From Mobula birostris (lineage: Eukaryota): a DNA stretch of 64,000 bases. The notes beneath the pieces were generated by a model, which worked only from the letters and a program-made list of their open reading frames with translations, was not told where the DNA came from and searched no databases. This document shows positions 59,381 to 64,000 of this stretch, in pieces. The stretch covers positions 100,890,699 through 100,954,698 of the forward strand of contig NC_092382.1 of NCBI RefSeq assembly GCF_030028105.1, in the 5' to 3' direction. The first letter of the stretch is position 1; each line of letters starts with the position of its first letter. Made by a program: the position numbers and the translations under genes.

Positions 59381-59678
59381 AGGACTCCAGGTGCAGTAGT
59401 AGACGGCCGACTGGTCCGGGCGCAGGCTGGGGAGTTGAGAATGAACGTGTTTACATCGGGTCTCCGGGCGGTGAAGCCGTCCACCCCGTCCTCCGGAATT
59501 ACTACGTTGGTAGCCGTAGAGTAAAACAGTTGCTGAATCTCGCTACCCGGATATTGTCGGTGCCAGTAGAGAACATTGCCAGCGCTACCGCCGTCCAGGA
59601 TGCATTTCAGCTCCACGCTCTCGCCGGGAGATTTGGAGAGAGCCGGCGTGTCCTGGCGAACGGACTGCGACGTCGCAC
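59381..59678 (-). pseudogene. TRBV: V19, family C V pseudogene (FR3 frameshift, leader deleted)
   Basis: 298-nt exon with one base missing at 59430/59431 (NS-PACAR instead of NSTSLRP); the intron joins upstream repeat at about 60033, skipping leader and promoter. Confidence 0.88.
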
Positions 59679-60062
59679 CTGAGGAAGGGAACGGGAAGTT
59701 AAGAGAGTTAAATGAACCGGAAGACCCGCGTACGTGGGATTATTTGTTAAAGGGGAGGACGGGATGTAAGGGAAAACAAACATCATTGAGGGATATGGAA
59801 TGGAAACTCGTTCATACCGACACTGTTTACCGCCGAGCTCGTCCCATCTTCGGGTGTCCGGTCAAAAGATCCGTAAACCTCTCTAATCCAAGAACTCATG
59901 TGTAAGAAGATGCAGTTTATACTTCCCTAATATGTCCGCCAGTATTTCAGGCAGCTACTTCAATATGAGTCATCTTCCGCTGATATCCGCTATAATTAGT
60001 CCTCTCCCATAATAAACCCGTTCCGTCCCGTTTCTTACAACAATGTGTGTGTGTGTGTGTAT

Positions 60063-60101
<39 letters not shown>

Positions 60102-60157
60102 GATTCGAAGACTTTCACGTCTTTAGCGGGTCGTACGCTCAACCAGCTCCCTCCAAG

Positions 60158-60925
60158 ATGGATTCTTAGAACAGCTTGTACTGGAGCCTACCAGAGAAAA
60201 CGCAATTCTAGATTTAGTGTTGTGCAATGAACCGGATTTCATCAGGGACCTCGAGGTAAAGGAGCCATTACGAGGTAGTTACCATAATATGATAGGTTTA
60301 AATCTACAATTTGATAGGGGGAAGGGAAACTCGGAAGTGTCAGTATTATATTTGAACAAAGGGAACTACGGTGCTATGAGGGAGGAGCTGGCCAATGTTC
60401 AATAGTACATGGGAACAGCAATGGCAAGTGTTGCTGGGAATAATGCGGAAGGTGCAGGGTCATTTCATTTCAAAGAGGACGAAAGGGGAGGCCATGGCTG
60501 ACAAGGGAAGTAATGGACAGTATAAAAATAAAAGAGAAGTATAACATAGCAAAGACGAGTGGGAAGCCGCAGAATTGGGAAACTTTTGAAGAGCAACAGA
60601 AGGTAACTAAAAAGCAATACGCGGAGATAAAATGAGGTACGAAGGTAACCTAGCCAAGAACATAAAGGAGGATAGTAAAAGCTTCTTTAGGTATGTGAAA
60701 AGCAAAAAAAAAAAAAAAAAGTTAAGACCAAAATTAGGCCCTTGAAGACAGAAACGGGTGAATTTATTATGGAGAACAAGGAAATGGCAGACGAGTTGAA
60801 CAGGTGCTTTGGATCTGTCTTCACACGGGAAGACACAAACAATCTCCCAGATATAATAGTGCCAAAGTACCTAGCGTAATCGATGAACTGAAGTAAATTT
60901 ATATTAGGCAGGAAATGCTTCCTCA
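60158..60925 (+). mobile_element. CR1 ORF2 internal fragment (endonuclease C-terminus and linker)
   Basis: DGFLEQLVLEPTRENAILDLVLCNEPDFIRDLEVKEPL..YHNMI and EMADELNRCFGSVFTRED. Confidence 0.85.
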
Positions 60926-62669
60926 AAGTTACTATGAAACTGCCTCCATTCCTTCCCCTGGCAAGTCGTTCTACAGGCTCGTCACCTTCTCCCGACCGTT
61001 ATAAATGTCTTCCCTCTCACCGTAAACCTCTGACATTCCATCAAGCTGTGGACTCCCCTTCCCTGCAGAATAAAGACTGCCATCGACCACCTTATCCACA
61101 GTGCGCCTGTCATTATTATTCTGCATTCCTCTCGGGTCACGAGTCATTCTCAGAGACGCCAAGGGATAAGGACCTAGCCTGCAGACGTCTCACTGTAAGT
61201 GAGGACGTCTTGTCGTGACAACATATTTTCTGCACTCTCTCTCTAGCTCAATCCTGTTTTCCTGCAACAGTGTGACAAAATGATAAGAATCTCTGCATGA
61301 AAGCTCCTCTTTCTCTGACGACTCAAGGATGCATTCGTCTCCGTGGAACTGTTGACCTTCATTCACGATGACATCTTCCCTGCACTCTCTGGGGATTAAG
61401 CACGTTTTCCAACAACAGGGTAACAAAAATGCGCACATTACTTGAGAGTGGCCTTGTCAACGACTTATATAACTGCAACAAAATGTTTCAACTCCTGTGC
61501 TCAAAGTCCAGATTCCGTCCACTGTTCTCATCGAAGGCCGAATGCAGGTCGGCAGCGTAGCGTCGCTGTGTTTTGTTCGAGTATGCACAAGAGCTACAAC
61601 GACAAGTAGGGAGTTAAATATCGCCATGATAAGGTAATTATCTGATACGTACATATCCACTAGCACAATTATCGAATCACAACCAAGCTTCGCGTTTCCC
61701 TAAGATATCGATCCCGCTTGTCTGAGTCACTGCTTTACATCCTCGTGAATCTAAGAATAAAAGGATTCTCGACTTTCGGATGGTTTCGGACGTTTGGGTT
61801 TCTTTTTGACAGAAGGACATGATGTGCAGAGGGACAGGATAGGGACTAAATAGAAATCCCCTTTGAGAAGCTATGGGTCACTTTCATTGCATTGGCCACG
61901 GTGCTATAGCGCCCTCCGCTGGACAGATGTATAAAATCAAGTAAATTCTAACCCACTTGCTCCCCAAGTAGAGTCATAAATCAGAACAGCGCAGATTCTG
62001 GCCCAACCGTGCCAACAAGCGAACCGAAATTTCCCAATGCTCCCCGCTCCACTTGCTTCCTCAAAGTTACTAAGGCACTGCCACAACCCCTTCCCCTGAC
62101 AAATGCGCACATTACTTGAGAGTAGCCTCATCAACGCCTTCTATAACTACAACATAATGTTTCATCTCCTGTGCTCAAGTCCAGGGAAAGGAGATGCGGA
62201 GTGGTTCAGGTAGGGGCGGGAGAGGGTGGTGTCATTAACGGAAGTCAGTGAAATCAATATTCATGCATCAGGCTGGAGGCTACCCGGAGGAGTATAAGAT
62301 GCTGTTCCTCCGGCATTGTGTGCGTGTTACAAAGTGCATACCCCGAGACGATCAGCCCTTCTCCGCTGGTTCCACCCCCACTGCCGACTCTATCAGATCC
62401 CGTCACCATCCGCTCCTCCTGCAACACTTGCTCCCGCTCTCCTGGCGGCCGGGCCGCCGACCCATTGTTGGTTTGCCAACAGTCCGGTTCAATAGGTGAA
62501 ATATACTGTAAATGACAGCAATTATCAATAAATAAACGGCTGCGCAGATCGAAGCAAACAAGCCATAAATAGCAAATAAATACATAAATAGAGCAATACG
62601 AAAATAAATAAATAAATCTTTAGAGAAAGAAACACCTATGTCATTAAACAGACAGACAGACAGATACAA

Positions 62670-62722
<53 letters not shown>

Positions 62723-63223
62723 AGAAACAATGTAGTGCAAACAAACGAGGTGGTGTTCATGGGTTCAAGCGCCAATCGGAAAGCAGGGGAAGAAGTTGTT
62801 CCTGAATCGATGAAAATGTGTCTTCAGACCCCTGTACCTCCTCCTTGATGAGAGTAATGAGAAGAGACCCGTCCTAGGCGGCGGGGGTCGTCGATGCTGG
62901 ATGCTTCCTTACTGAGGTCCGCCTGTTGAAGCTGTCTTCGATGCTGGGGAAGCTGCAGTTGTTGATGGATTCGGTGAAGTTTATCACGCTCGAAACACGT
63001 GGAAGTCTGCAAATGATGGAAATGCTGCTGGAACCGAGCGGTTCAGGGCGCAGATATGGAAACGAACATATCGGCGACGTTTCGGGCCGAGTCCCACTTC
63101 TTCATACCGCGGACTGGCCCCGCCACACCAGACGGTGACCGCAGCCGGCAATATGGCCGGAATGGGCGGGGCTTTTCCCCAGTCGCTACCTCGCACAACA
63201 CAGAGCGGGATTCCGGAGAGAGG

Positions 63224-63260
63224 ATGTTGCTGTTCCTCGTCCTGGCGCCTTTGCTTCAGC
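63224..63260 (+). pseudogene. Family C leader exon on the plus strand with no V exon in the window
   Basis: ATG..MLLFLVLAPLLQ-C + GTAAGG, preceded by the family C promoter and followed by about 310 bp of family C intron, then a Rex1-like repeat. Confidence 0.82.
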
Positions 63261-63729
63261 GTAAGGAATCACCTAAGACAATAATTAATACTCAATCCTT
63301 ACCCGGGTATGGGTCACTCTGTTATCGGAAAAATGTTAAACTAGAGCCAGTGCAGAAAAGATTTACCAGCGTAATGCAATGATCTGAGCGTCAAGAATCA
63401 AGGAGAGATTGTCTGGGCTAGGATTTCATTCCCAGTAAAGTCGAGGATGAGGACACAGATTTAAAACGGGACGGGGACTGATACTTTAAACCGGACGGCA
63501 CGGGATTATTAATGGGAAGCGAGAGATTGAAAGGGGACATCAGATGATGATGGTTAGTTGAAGCTAGAAATGCGCTGTAATAGATCAAATTTACTAAAAA
63601 AGACAATACATATAAATATAAATAAACGAATAGATAAACGGACGACCGCGCAGCAGAAACATTGTATTAAAAACGCGCGCGGGCGCGCGCGCACACACAC
63701 ACATACACACACAAACACATACAGAAACA

Positions 63730-63769
<40 letters not shown>

Positions 63770-64000
63770 GTATTGCAAACACCAGAGGGAAAAATTACTG
63801 AGGTCGTGTTCATACGTTCATTTTCCGATCAGAAATCTGATGGCGGAGAGGCAGAAGGTGTTCCTGAATCGCTGAGTATGTGTCTTCAGTCTCCTGTACC
63901 CCCTCCTCGATGGCAGTACTGCGAAGAGGGTATCTCCTTGGTGGTTGGGGTGGCGAGTGATGGTTGCTGCCTTTTTGAGGGTTCTCCCCTTGAAGATGCC

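Noticed and set aside
1-64000. Most six-frame ORFs as protein-coding genes
   Set aside because: They are translations of microsatellites (VCVC, SLSL), LINE remnants or antisense V exons. Real coding units here are split leader plus V exons.
1-64000. D, J or C segments, germline-joined VDJ, or NAR-TCR-type arrangements
   Set aside because: No 12-bp-spacer RSS, FGxG J motif or C-domain exon was found; every full V ends at its own unrearranged RSS.

Overview
Vertebrate genomic DNA, not prokaryotic. The window is part of a germline antigen-receptor variable-segment array, most likely T-cell receptor beta V (TRBV) of a cartilaginous fish. That assignment is an inference from the 3' 23-bp-spacer RSSs, the Y(Y/F/L)C(A/G)WS ends, the GF-x-A-x-RP framework 3 and the repeat content. 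I find 16 full-length V exons, 3 truncated V segments, 2 orphan leader exons and 2 empty cassettes that keep the flanks but lack the V gene. They fall into three families: A (46-nt leader MRxL..P), B (37-nt leader MLLLLELIIWLH) and C (37-nt leader MLLxLxLAPLLQ). About 8 look potentially functional (V2, V4, V6, V9, V12, V13, V16, and V18 if its terminal stop is trimmed). V segments lie on both strands in a recurring B(+) A(+) C(-) module, built by tandem duplication (about 14.9 kb offset) and an inverted duplication at the right end. No D, J or C segment is visible. Intergenic DNA is CR1 and Rex1/Babar-like LINE fragments, tRNA-derived SINEs, Penelope-like remnants, microsatellites and two N gaps. 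The most interesting signals are: a 224-bp TSD-flanked mini-element with tandem minimal hammerhead ribozymes; conserved ETS+E-box or ETS+CRE motifs just 3' of nearly every RSS; a triplicated CCAAT promoter unit; stop codons abutting the heptamer; and many deletion scars. V numbers and family letters are my own labels.
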